DNA of 48,002 nt. Source: Eubacteriales bacterium. GTDB lineage: Bacteria > Bacillota > Clostridia > Oscillospirales > CAG-272. Position 1 is the stretch's first letter. The number at the start of each line of letters is the position of its first letter. Location of the stretch: positions 1 to 48,002 of the forward strand of contig JAZRAU010000082.1 of the NCBI GenBank assembly GCA_045634705.1, written 5' to 3'. Shown piece after piece: positions 19,710-28,057 of this stretch. The notes beneath the pieces are model-generated. The model had not been told where the DNA came from. It searched no databases and worked only from the letters and a program-made list of their open reading frames with translations. A program made the translations under genes and the position numbers.

Positions 19710-20231
19710 ATGTACGAGCAAACCGATAAGCAGGAAGCCATACGCGAGATCCAGCGCTACCTTTTGGAGCTATACTACGATACCGGCTCCGCCTTTCCGG
19801 TAATCATCAATGGAGAATACGATGCCGCCACTCGCGCGGCGGTTCTGGATTACCAAAGCCAGCGCGGCCTTCCGCCAACCGGGGAGGTTGACCGAGCGAC
19901 CTTTGATTCCCTTTACCGCGATTATCTTGCCGCCCGCGCTCTCCGTCTCTCCCCCGACACAGTCCCTCCCGATACCCCTCTCCCCGTCACTATCGGGGCC
20001 ACGGGTAACGGCGTTGTCAACCTGCAACGCCTTTTGAACTTTCTTGCCGAGCGTTACGGAATCCCCGAAAGAAGCGACACCGGAGGCGTGTATTCTTACG
20101 CCTCCTCCGTGGTAGCAAGAGCGATCCAAAGGATCTACCGACTACCCGAGGACGGTACGGTAAACGGCACCTTTTATGCCAAGATGCTACGCGACTACGA
20201 TTATCCCGCACCGCCAAGCGTTACTGAATAA
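19710..20231 (+). CDS. peptidoglycan-binding protein with two PG_binding_1 repeats
   Basis: 173 aa. The first repeat is IREIQRYLLELYY...NGEYDAATRAAVLDYQSQRGLPPTGEVDRATFDSL. The second is VVNLQRLLNFL...RAIQRIYRLPEDGTVNGTFYAKM. AAGGAGGG sits just upstream of the ATG. Confidence 0.7.
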   Translation: MYEQTDKQEAIREIQRYLLELYYDTGSAFPVIINGEYDAATRAAVLDYQSQRGLPPTGEVDRATFDSLYRDYLAARALRLSPDTVPPDTPLPVTIGATGNGVVNLQRLLNFLAERYGIPERSDTGGVYSYASSVVARAIQRIYRLPEDGTVNGTFYAKMLRDYDYPAPPSVTE

Positions 20232-20285
20232 GACAAGGGGGCTTGTGTCAAGAATACCAAAAATAAAACCGAAGGAGGAGCTGCC

Positions 20286-22739
20286 TTGACACAGCGCTTT
20301 ACATCTAAGGCGGAAAACGCGCTTCGTGCGGCGGAGCGTGTTGCCTCGGAGCTTGGCCACACTTACATCGGCACCGAGCATCTTTTGTACGGCCTTTCCG
20401 CCGAGCACGACGGTGTCGCCTCACGCATTCTTGAGGGAGCGGGGCTTGACGTTACCAAGATACGGGAAAAGATCTCAAGCTTTACGGGAGTCGGTCGGCC
20501 AAGCCGCGTGGGCGCCGCCGATCTCACCCCACGGGCCCGAAGCGTGATCGAGCTTTCAGCAAAAAAGGCAAAGCAAGGGGCCGTGGGCACCGAACATCTT
20601 TTGCTTTCGCTCTTATCGGTGGAAGGGGCGGTGGCACTGAAGATTATTGCGGCGCTTGGCGTTGAACGCAAGGAGCTTTTAGCCGATCTTTCCCCCATTT
20701 GCGATATTACGAACGAAGCAAAGGACAACAAACGCAAACCATTCAAAAGCGGGGCGCTGGCGTTCCTTGACAGCTTCGGGAGCGATCTGACGAAAAAAGC
20801 CGAGGAAGGACGTCTCGACCCCGTCATCGGCCGCGAGAAGGAGATCACGCGCCTTGTGCGAGTGCTATCGCGGAGGACCAAGAACAACCCTTGCCTTGTC
20901 GGAGAGGCGGGCGTTGGAAAAACTGCAATTGCCGAGGGGCTGGCACTGAGGATCGCCGAGGGGAACGTTCCCGAGGATCTCCTCGGACGCCACATTTTTT
21001 CGCTTGATGTCGCTTCTCTTGTGGCGGGCGCCAAGTACCGCGGAGAATTTGAGGATCGCATGAAGCAACTGCTTGAGCAGCTGCGCGGCGATGACAGCGT
21101 GATCCTTTTCATTGATGAGATCCACACGATCGTCGGTGCCGGAGCGGCCGAAGGAGCCATTGATGCCGCCAACATCCTGAAGCCGGCCATGGCCCGTGGC
21201 GAGATCCGTGTCATCGGTGCAACGACCGCGGAGGAGTACCGCCGCCACATTGAGCGCGATGCGGCTTTGGAGCGCCGCTTCCAAGCCATTACTGTAGAGG
21301 AACCAACGCCGGACGAAGCATACGCGATCCTCGACGGCCTGCGCGATCGTTACGAGAAGCATCACGGCGTGACGATCACGGACGAGGCGCTACGAGCCGC
21401 CGTTCAGCTGTCGGTACGCTACGCGCCCGACCACCGTTTGCCCGACAAGGCCCTTGATATCATAGACGAGGCCGCCTCGGAGCTGCGGCTCGAAGCCATA
21501 AAAAATGCAAATAATATTAAAAACAGGAAACTTATTTTAGAGCAGAAGATTTCAGAAAAGGAAACGGCCGTTCTCCATCAGGATTACGAGAGCGCCTCAC
21601 GCCTGCGTGACGAAATTACGCTTCTTCTTGAGGGGATCGAGGCCGAGGAGAAGGCCCTGGGGCCGGGAGAGGCGCAACCTCGCGCGCTTACTCCCGAGCT
21701 TGTGGCAAGAACCGTCAGCGAACGCACCGGAGTCCCCGTGGGCCGCCTCACAAGCGATGAGGGGGAGCGCCTCGCCGAGCTGGAGAGCGAGCTTTCCCGG
21801 CGTGTCATCGGGCAGCCGGAGGCGGTAACGGCGGTTGCCCGCGCCGTCCGAAGGTCGCGTGCGGGCGTGCGCGACCCGCGCCGCCCCATCGGTTCCTTTT
21901 TGTTCTTTGGCCCCAGCGGTGTCGGCAAGACCGGGCTTTGCCGCGCGCTGGCGGCCTCTGTCTTTGGGAGCGAGGCTGCCCTCCTCTCCTTTGATATGTC
22001 GGAATATATGGAGAAGCACTCGGCCTCCCGCCTTTTGGGAGCCCCGCCGGGGTACATCGGCTATGAGGAGGCAGGCCTGCTCACCGACCGTGTGCGCCGC
22101 CACCCCTACGCCGTTGTGCTTTTTGATGAGATCGAAAAGGCACACCCGGATGTCCACAATCTCCTCCTGCAGATCCTTGAGGACGGTGTTCTGACCGACA
22201 CCCACGGAAAGACCGCGGAATTTGGCAATACCATCATCGTTTTGACCTCAAACCTCGGTGCAGACTCCTTTCAAAAGAAGCCGATGCTTGGCTTTGCAGA
22301 TATTGACCTTACAAACGGTGGGGAACCACGCATTTCCCGCGAAGCCCACGAGGCGGTAGTGCGGTTCTTCCGTCCCGAGCTTCTCAGTCGCATTGATGAG
22401 ACCGTCTTGTTTCGTCCGTTGCGCGATGAAGACCTGCGCCTGATCGCGCAAAAAATGATTGCAGAGGCGGTGGAAAGGATCCACGGCGCCGGCTTTTCCC
22501 TGACGGTCGCTCCCACAGTGGCCGATCATCTTGTGGCCGCCGCAAGCGGGCGCGGCGAAGGCGCGAGGGCCCTTCGGAAGGTGCTCACCTCCCGTTTTGA
22601 AGATCGTTTTTCCTACGGCGTTATCAAGGGTGAACTCGTACGCGGTACCAAATACCTCGCCGACCTTCAGGACAACGAGATCGTGTTTTCACCGCTTGAG
22701 GAGGAAGCCCCCTTAGCCAAAATGGGCTCAAACCGATAA
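20286..22739 (+). CDS. clpC: ATP-dependent Clp protease ATP-binding subunit ClpC
   Basis: 817 aa with a TTG start after GAAGGAGGAG. It has Clp_N repeats, Walker A motifs GEAGVGKTAIAEGLA and GPSGVGKTGLCRALA, and a UVR-like linker (HQDYESASRLRDEI). Confidence 0.92.
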   Translation: MTQRFTSKAENALRAAERVASELGHTYIGTEHLLYGLSAEHDGVASRILEGAGLDVTKIREKISSFTGVGRPSRVGAADLTPRARSVIELSAKKAKQGAVGTEHLLLSLLSVEGAVALKIIAALGVERKELLADLSPICDITNEAKDNKRKPFKSGALAFLDSFGSDLTKKAEEGRLDPVIGREKEITRLVRVLSRRTKNNPCLVGEAGVGKTAIAEGLALRIAEGNVPEDLLGRHIFSLDVASLVAGAKYRGEFEDRMKQLLEQLRGDDSVILFIDEIHTIVGAGAAEGAIDAANILKPAMARGEIRVIGATTAEEYRRHIERDAALERRFQAITVEEPTPDEAYAILDGLRDRYEKHHGVTITDEALRAAVQLSVRYAPDHRLPDKALDIIDEAASELRLEAIKNANNIKNRKLILEQKISEKETAVLHQDYESASRLRDEITLLLEGIEAEEKALGPGEAQPRALTPELVARTVSERTGVPVGRLTSDEGERLAELESELSRRVIGQPEAVTAVARAVRRSRAGVRDPRRPIGSFLFFGPSGVGKTGLCRALAASVFGSEAALLSFDMSEYMEKHSASRLLGAPPGYIGYEEAGLLTDRVRRHPYAVVLFDEIEKAHPDVHNLLLQILEDGVLTDTHGKTAEFGNTIIVLTSNLGADSFQKKPMLGFADIDLTNGGEPRISREAHEAVVRFFRPELLSRIDETVLFRPLRDEDLRLIAQKMIAEAVERIHGAGFSLTVAPTVADHLVAAASGRGEGARALRKVLTSRFEDRFSYGVIKGELVRGTKYLADLQDNEIVFSPLEEEAPLAKMGSNR

Positions 22740-22740
22740 G

Positions 22741-22848
22741 GTTTTCATCGGCAGATATTCCGATCTGCTTCGGCAAAAGTGCTGGCAATATCCACATATA
22801 GCGGTACACTTTTGTCCTCGCATCTCATAAATATCTGCTCGATGAAAC
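22741..22848. other. nested inverted-repeat element (candidate structured RNA) starting 2 nt after the clpC stop
   Basis: The outer arms are 22741..22759 (GTTTTCATCGGCAGATATT) and 22830..22848 (AATATCTGCTCGATGAAAC), giving about 17 bp with one bulge. The inner 8-bp stem is CAAAAGTG (22774..22781) / CACTTTTG (22807..22814). The strand is undetermined. Confidence 0.4.
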
Positions 22849-23119
22849 CTGCGTAGCACCCTTCGGCGAATAGATTTTCTTTGGATTTTGACGGGGCGAG
22901 GCGCCGACAAGCGGGGGCTTTTCAAGACGAGCCACGGCGAAAGACAGGAAAATTTATCGCCGAGGGCTTATTGCTTCAAGCCCATTTTGGTTCCCCCTTT
23001 CGTAAAGGGGCGCTCCGCCTACATTCTTAAAAATCAAAAAGCGTACACGGGCGCAGCACGCGCGTTCTGTGACGATTGTAAAATTTATTATATATATTAA
23101 AATAATTACAAAAAACCTC

Positions 23120-23148
23120 TTGACAAACGAAAACGCGCGTGGTATAAT
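23120..23148 (+). promoter_or_regulatory. strong sigma-A-type promoter with an AT-rich UP-like element for the rpmG-secE-nusG-rplK-rplA operon
   Basis: TTGACA (23120..23125), a 17-nt spacer, then TATAAT (23143..23148). An approximately 40-nt A/T tract (23080..23117) precedes it. Confidence 0.65.
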
Positions 23149-23154
23149 CGGGAT

Positions 23155-23175
23155 ACCTCTGTCAGAGGTTTTTTT
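23155..23175 (+). terminator. promoter-proximal hairpin plus T7 tract (attenuator or 5' stabiliser candidate)
   Basis: The stem is ACCTCT-GTC-AGAGGT (23155..23169) and it runs into TTTTTTT (23169..23175). It begins at about the predicted +1 of the promoter above. Confidence 0.4.
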
Positions 23176-23285
23176 GTTGTGCGCTTTGGGACGAGCCGCA
23201 CACACCCTCTGTTCTTGAGGGAGGTACAAGGCCGAAAGGCCGCTGCATGGGAGCTTTCCCAAATTCAATTAGGAGGTGCCGTTAA

Positions 23286-23435
23286 ATGAGAGTCAAGATC
23301 ACTATGGTATGCACGGAGTGCAAGCAGAGAAACTATGACACGAGCAAGAACAAGAAGAATGATCCCGATAGAATCGAGATGAACAAGTTCTGCCCGTTCT
23401 GCCGCAAGCACACCCTGCACCGCGAAAGCAAGTAA
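23286..23435 (+). CDS. rpmG: 50S ribosomal protein L33
   Basis: My own translation gives [49 protein letters not shown], with the CxxC...CxxC zinc ribbon. AGGAGG sits 8 nt upstream. It is under 60 aa, so it is missing from the ORF track. It sits in the canonical position before secE. Confidence 0.92.
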   Translation: MRVKITMVCTECKQRNYDTSKNKKNDPDRIEMNKFCPFCRKHTLHRESK

Positions 23436-23452
23436 TCGAGGAGGACGCTGAC

Positions 23453-23809
23453 ATGGCTGATATGGAAAACAAAAACACCATGGCAGAGGAGACCGAGGTC
23501 GATGTGACCAAAACGGAAACCGAAGCCGTTGCCGAATCCCCGGTTGCCGAGGAAAAAGTCCCTGCCGCTGCAAAAAAGCAGAAAAAGAAGACTGGCAAGC
23601 CCAACTTCTTCGTCCGCATCGGTCGCGCTATGGCCAAGTTCTGGCGCGATTACAACAGCGAGCGCAAGAAGATCGTTTGGAAGCCCTGGCGTGACGTCTG
23701 CAAGAGTGCAGGCATCGTTGTGGTTTCCGTTGTGATCTTCAGTGCGATCATTCTTGGAATCGATACCGCCTTTGACAGCCTCTTTAAGTGGGTTGCGGGC
23801 TTGATTTAA
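23453..23809 (+). CDS. secE: preprotein translocase subunit SecE with a long N-terminal extension
   Basis: The C-terminal 60 aa (FFVRIGRAMAKFWRDYNSERKKIVWKPWRDVCKSAGIVVVSVVIFSAIILGID) is a typical single-TM SecE. It lies between rpmG and nusG. Confidence 0.85.
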   Translation: MADMENKNTMAEETEVDVTKTETEAVAESPVAEEKVPAAAKKQKKKTGKPNFFVRIGRAMAKFWRDYNSERKKIVWKPWRDVCKSAGIVVVSVVIFSAIILGIDTAFDSLFKWVAGLI

Positions 23810-23825
23810 GAGAAGAGGATCGCCA

Positions 23826-24368
23826 ATGAGTGATATCAATGAAATGAACCTTGGCCCCCGTTGGTACGTGATTCACACGTACTCGGGGTATGAAAGCAAG
23901 GTAAAGATCAGCATTGAACAGATCGTTAAGAACCGCGGTCTCGGCCACCTCATCTTCGATGTGGTCGTCCTGACCGAGAAGAGCCTCGTCACCAACGCGA
24001 AGGGTGAGCAGAAGGAGGTCGAGACCAAGCGCAAGCCTACCTACGTGTTCATTCACATGATCATGAATGACGAAAGCTGGCACGCCGTCCGTAACGTTAC
24101 GGGTGTCACGGGCTTTGTCGGCCCCGGATCGCGTCCCGTTCCGCTGACCGACGCCGAGCTTAAAAAGCTCAACATTGGTTCTACCGTTGCCGAGTTTGCA
24201 TTCAAGGTCGGTGACACCATTTCTGTCGTGTCCGGTGCCTTTGCGGGATACACCGGCGTTCTCCAGGAGATCAGCGAGGATCAGAAGCAGCTGACCGTTC
24301 TTGTCTCCGCCGGACGCCGCGACATCTCGGTTATGATCGACACCCAGGACGCACGCCTCGCGGAGTAA
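23826..24368 (+). CDS. nusG: transcription termination/antitermination factor NusG
   Basis: 180 aa. The NGN domain shows WYVIHTYSGYESKVK, and the KOW motif is VGDTISVVSGAFAGYTGVLQEI. Confidence 0.93.
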   Translation: MSDINEMNLGPRWYVIHTYSGYESKVKISIEQIVKNRGLGHLIFDVVVLTEKSLVTNAKGEQKEVETKRKPTYVFIHMIMNDESWHAVRNVTGVTGFVGPGSRPVPLTDAELKKLNIGSTVAEFAFKVGDTISVVSGAFAGYTGVLQEISEDQKQLTVLVSAGRRDISVMIDTQDARLAE

Positions 24369-24474
24369 GCGCTTCCCCACTCCGCACCGTCCGCTTGCGG
24401 ACACTTGTGGGAGGGAGAAAATTTAATCTTACATTCTCCCGTATCATTCACCACGCTATGGAGGTTACAATATC

Positions 24475-24900
24475 ATGGCAAAGAAAATTTCCGGTTATAT
24501 TAAGCTTCAGCTTCCCGCCGGTAAGGCGACTCCTCAGCCGCCTGTCGGTCCCGCCCTCGGTCAGTACGGTGTCTCGATCCCGAACTTCACCAAGGAGTTC
24601 AACGAGAGAACCAAGAACGACATGGGCCTTATCATTCCCGTTGTCATCACGGTCTACGCTGACCGTTCCTTCACCTTCATCACCAAGACTCCTCCCGCAG
24701 CCGTTCTGATCAAGAAGGCCTGCAACATCGAGACCGCTTCCGCTGCCCCCAACAAGGACAAGGTTGCCTCGATCACCAAGGAGCAGGTGAAGAAGATCGC
24801 CGAAACCAAGATGCCCGACCTGAATGCCGGCTCTCTTGAGGCCGCTATGAGCATGGTGGCAGGCACCGCCCGCAGCATGGGTATTACTGTGGTTGACTGA
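24475..24900 (+). CDS. rplK: 50S ribosomal protein L11
   Basis: 141 aa beginning [33 protein letters not shown], the canonical L11 sequence. Confidence 0.95.
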   Translation: MAKKISGYIKLQLPAGKATPQPPVGPALGQYGVSIPNFTKEFNERTKNDMGLIIPVVITVYADRSFTFITKTPPAAVLIKKACNIETASAAPNKDKVASITKEQVKKIAETKMPDLNAGSLEAAMSMVAGTARSMGITVVD

Positions 24901-24917
24901 TAAGGAGGAACAGAATC

Positions 24918-25610
24918 ATGGCTAAATTCGGAAAAAAGTACACCGACAGCGCAAAGCTCGTCGATAAGACCAAACTTTATGACAGTGCCGAGGCTATCGC
25001 CCTCGTCGTTGAGACCGCCAAGGCAAAGTTTGATGAGACCATTGAGATCAACGTCCGTCTGGGTGTTGACTCTCGCCACGCCGACCAGCAGGTCCGCGGT
25101 GCTATCGTTCTCCCGAACGGCACCGGTAAGCCCGCCCGCACCCTCGTTTTCGCCCGTGGCGATGCCGCCAAGGCCGCCGAGGAGGCGGGTGCCGACTACG
25201 TTGGCGCCGACGAGTACGTGAAGAAGATCACGACCGAGAACTGGTTTGAGTTCGACGTTGTTATCGCCACCCCCGACATGATGGGTGTCATCGGCCGCCT
25301 CGGTAAGGTCCTCGGTCCTAAGGGCCTCATGCCTAACCCCAAGGCCGGTACCGTTACCACCGATCCCGCTAAGGCCGTTCTTGAGGCCAAGGCCGGTAAG
25401 ATCGGGTACCGTCTTGACAAGACCAACATCATCCACTGCCCCATCGGCAAGGCCTCCTTTGGCGCCGAGAAGCTCCTTGAGAACTTCAACACGCTGATGG
25501 AAGCGATCATCAAGGCGAAGCCTGCCAGCGCCAAGGGCCAGTACATCAAGAGCTGCGTTCTCGCCGCCACGATGGGACCCGGTGTTAAGGTCAACTACGC
25601 CAAGCTGTAA
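24918..25610 (+). CDS. rplA: 50S ribosomal protein L1
   Basis: 230 aa with MAKFGKKY...[24 protein letters not shown]...[16 protein letters not shown]. Confidence 0.95.
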   Translation: MAKFGKKYTDSAKLVDKTKLYDSAEAIALVVETAKAKFDETIEINVRLGVDSRHADQQVRGAIVLPNGTGKPARTLVFARGDAAKAAEEAGADYVGADEYVKKITTENWFEFDVVIATPDMMGVIGRLGKVLGPKGLMPNPKAGTVTTDPAKAVLEAKAGKIGYRLDKTNIIHCPIGKASFGAEKLLENFNTLMEAIIKAKPASAKGQYIKSCVLAATMGPGVKVNYAKL

Positions 25611-25626
25611 TCGCAAAGCACAAAAA

Positions 25627-25653
25627 GAGCGGCCGCACGGTCGCCCTTTTTTT
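25627..25653 (+). terminator. intrinsic terminator after rplA; it may also serve the convergent mutS2
   Basis: An imperfect GC-rich stem, GAGCGGCC-GCAC-GGTCGCCC, followed by T7 (25647..25653). Confidence 0.5.
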
Positions 25654-25661
25654 ATTTATCC

Positions 25662-28049
25662 TTACTTCAGTTCCACGACGGTGACGCCCGCATCGCCTTC
25701 GCCGTAGGCCCCCATACGGTGAGAGGCCACGCGGCGGTCGGTCTTCAAATACTGCGCGATCGCCTTACGGAGAGCACCGGTGCCTTTGCCGTGAATAATA
25801 CGGACACTGCGGACCCCCGCCATAATGGCATCGTCAAGGTATTTGTCCACAATAAACCAAGCGTCGTCACCGATCATACCGCGCACATCGACCTCGGGGC
25901 GGAAATCGGCCCGCACAACAGCGCGGAGGCGTGCTTCGGGCTTTGGCTCCTTGACCTTGATCCGTTTGCCGTCCTCAAGCAGGCGCACATCCTTCACTGC
26001 CACCTTGGCTTTCAGGATCCCTGCCTGCACCGTGACCTTACCGTCACGCTCGGAGATTGCCGTGACCTCCCCCTCCTGATGATAGGAAACGAGGAACACG
26101 CGATCGCCGACCTTGAGGGGGCGCGGCAGGACGTAATCGTCTTCCAGAGAAATCTCGCGAAACTCGGCCTTGTCGTAAAGCTCGTTCCCCTCGCGCAAAC
26201 GGTCACGCACCGCCGCCTTGGCGCGGTTCAGCTCCTCGGCGAAATTGGCGGCGTTCTGCTTGCGACGGATCTCGTCAAGCTCCTTGAAGATATAATCGCT
26301 CCCTGCCCGTGCGCTGTCAAGCAGCTGCCTTGCACGGGTAAGTGCCGAGGCAATCTCCTTTTCCGAGCTGGCCGTTTTCTCATGGAGGCGGCGCTCGGCC
26401 TCTTTCTTAAAAGCCTCGTACTCGCGGCGCAAGCGCTCGGCTTCCTCGCGCTCACGCTCCATTTCCACGCGGGCGGCCTCCAGCTGGGCAATGACGCCCT
26501 CAAAGCGCTTGGTATCGCCCGAAATGTGGGCATCGGCGCGATGAATGATCTCCGCGGAAAGGCCCAGCTTCTCCGAGATCGCAAAGGCGTTGGATTTGCC
26601 GGGCATACCTACAATAAGACGGTAGGTGGGACGGAGAGTTTCCACGTCAAACTCGCAGGAGGCATTTTGTACCCCCTCGGTCTCCAGTGCATACACCTTA
26701 AGCTCGGCGTAATGTGTAGTTGAGGCGGAAAGGGCGCCACGGCCGCGCACCTCTTCGAGGATCGCTTCGGCAAGGGCTGCGCCTTCAACAGGGTCGGTGC
26801 CGGCGCCCAACTCATCAAAAAGAACCAAAGAGCGATCGGTGACGTGGCCGATGATGCTCACAATATTGACCATATGCGCCGAGAAGGTGGAAAGCGACTG
26901 CTCAATGCTCTGCTCGTCACCGATATCCACAAGGACCTCGGAAAAGATCCCCATTTCGGTCTTTTCCTCGGCAGGAAGAGCGAGGCCGGCTTGCGCCATA
27001 AGGGAAAAAAGGCCGAGAGTTTTCAGAGCAACCGTCTTACCGCCCGTATTGGGGCCTGTGATGATAAGGGTATCAAAATCTCCGCCAAGCGTGATGTCGA
27101 TCGGCACGACCCTCTCCTTATCGATCAGGGGGTGTCGGCCGCGGAAGATCGCGATCCGCTTCTCCTCGGTAATTTTGGGTGTGGTGGCCCCGATCGCATC
27201 GGCGTACGAGGCTCGGGTATAGGCAAAAGCGATCTCGGTCATATTCCGGCAATCCGAGGCGATCGCACCGGCATTGTTGGCGCACTCCGAGGAAAGCTCG
27301 GCAAGAATGCGGTCGATCTCTGCCTGCTCGCGCGAGGCAAGCTCACGAAGCTCGTTGTTAGCCTCCACAACGGCCAACGGTTCAATGAACACCGTAGCTC
27401 CCGACGAGGAGGTGTCATGCAAAAGCCCCTTGATCTCACCGCGGTACTCAGCCTTAACGGGAATAACGTAGCGCCCGTTTCGCATTGTGACGATGTTTTC
27501 CTGAAGGTATTTTGAGCGCGCACCGCCGATGTAGGTGCTGAGCGTATCCTTGATGCGGTTGTTGGCCGCGCGGATCCTTCGGCGGATATCGGAAAGAGCG
27601 GGACTGGCCTCATCGGCGACGAGGTCCTCGCCGAGGATCACCTTGGTGATGCGGTCCTCGAGCGGGCGCACCGAGATCAGGCGGTCAAAAAGCACATCAA
27701 GTGAGGTCTTGGTCTCGCAGGTGTCGATATAGTCAATAAAATGGCGAGCGGCACGGAGCACAGCGCTGATAGAAAGCAGCTCGCGTGGCAAAAGGGTGGC
27801 CCCCTTCTCCGCTCTGCCCACGGCGTCCATGACCCCTTCGTCATTGGCAAAGGGCGGATACCCCTTGGCGGCGATCAGACGACGCGCATCTGCCGTTTCC
27901 TGCTGGCGGCGAACAACGGTATCAAAATCGTCATCGGGCATAAGCGACAACGCCCTTGCCCGTGCCCCCACCGTGGGGGCGAACGAGGAAAGGCGATGCA
28001 AAATCTTATCATATTCTAAGGCCGATAAGGTTTTTTCAGTAAAGAGCAT
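25662..28049 (-). CDS. mutS2: endonuclease MutS2 (MutS domain V ATPase plus C-terminal Smr domain)
   Basis: 795 aa with Walker A ITGPNTGGKTVALKT, a coiled-coil linker, and the Smr domain VDVRGMIGDDAWFIVDKYLDDA...IIHGKGTGALR. Confidence 0.92.
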   Translation of the reverse strand: MLFTEKTLSALEYDKILHRLSSFAPTVGARARALSLMPDDDFDTVVRRQQETADARRLIAAKGYPPFANDEGVMDAVGRAEKGATLLPRELLSISAVLRAARHFIDYIDTCETKTSLDVLFDRLISVRPLEDRITKVILGEDLVADEASPALSDIRRRIRAANNRIKDTLSTYIGGARSKYLQENIVTMRNGRYVIPVKAEYRGEIKGLLHDTSSSGATVFIEPLAVVEANNELRELASREQAEIDRILAELSSECANNAGAIASDCRNMTEIAFAYTRASYADAIGATTPKITEEKRIAIFRGRHPLIDKERVVPIDITLGGDFDTLIITGPNTGGKTVALKTLGLFSLMAQAGLALPAEEKTEMGIFSEVLVDIGDEQSIEQSLSTFSAHMVNIVSIIGHVTDRSLVLFDELGAGTDPVEGAALAEAILEEVRGRGALSASTTHYAELKVYALETEGVQNASCEFDVETLRPTYRLIVGMPGKSNAFAISEKLGLSAEIIHRADAHISGDTKRFEGVIAQLEAARVEMEREREEAERLRREYEAFKKEAERRLHEKTASSEKEIASALTRARQLLDSARAGSDYIFKELDEIRRKQNAANFAEELNRAKAAVRDRLREGNELYDKAEFREISLEDDYVLPRPLKVGDRVFLVSYHQEGEVTAISERDGKVTVQAGILKAKVAVKDVRLLEDGKRIKVKEPKPEARLRAVVRADFRPEVDVRGMIGDDAWFIVDKYLDDAIMAGVRSVRIIHGKGTGALRKAIAQYLKTDRRVASHRMGAYGEGDAGVTVVELK

Positions 28050-28057
28050 ACGTCTCC

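Noticed and set aside
20246-20262. A possible CtsR operator upstream of clpC (TGTCAAGAATACCAAAA).
   Set aside because: Only the first heptad resembles GGTCAAA (5 of 7). The second repeat matches 3 of 7. No ctsR/mcsA/mcsB genes precede clpC here.
21490-21570. An AT-rich patch inside clpC, considered as a possible insertion or recombination scar.
   Set aside because: It stays in frame and encodes the Lys/Asn/Glu-rich middle-domain/UVR linker (IKNANNIKNRKLILEQKISEKETAV) expected at this position in ClpC.
22624-23268. Small ORFs in the clpC-rpmG spacer: 22728..22925 (-), 22888..23100 (+) and 22954..23268 (-).
   Set aside because: They have no SD-like sequence at a suitable distance. The peptides are basic and low in complexity with no family pattern, and one runs through the rpmG promoter. 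I treated the region as non-coding and possibly structured RNA instead.
23247-23285. A 12-codon uORF (MGAFPNSIRRCR) whose stop abuts the rpmG ATG (TAAATG).
   Set aside because: The nearest SD-like GGGAGG is about 23 nt upstream, which is too far. The arrangement is most simply a by-product of the rpmG SD region, so it is not reported as a gene.
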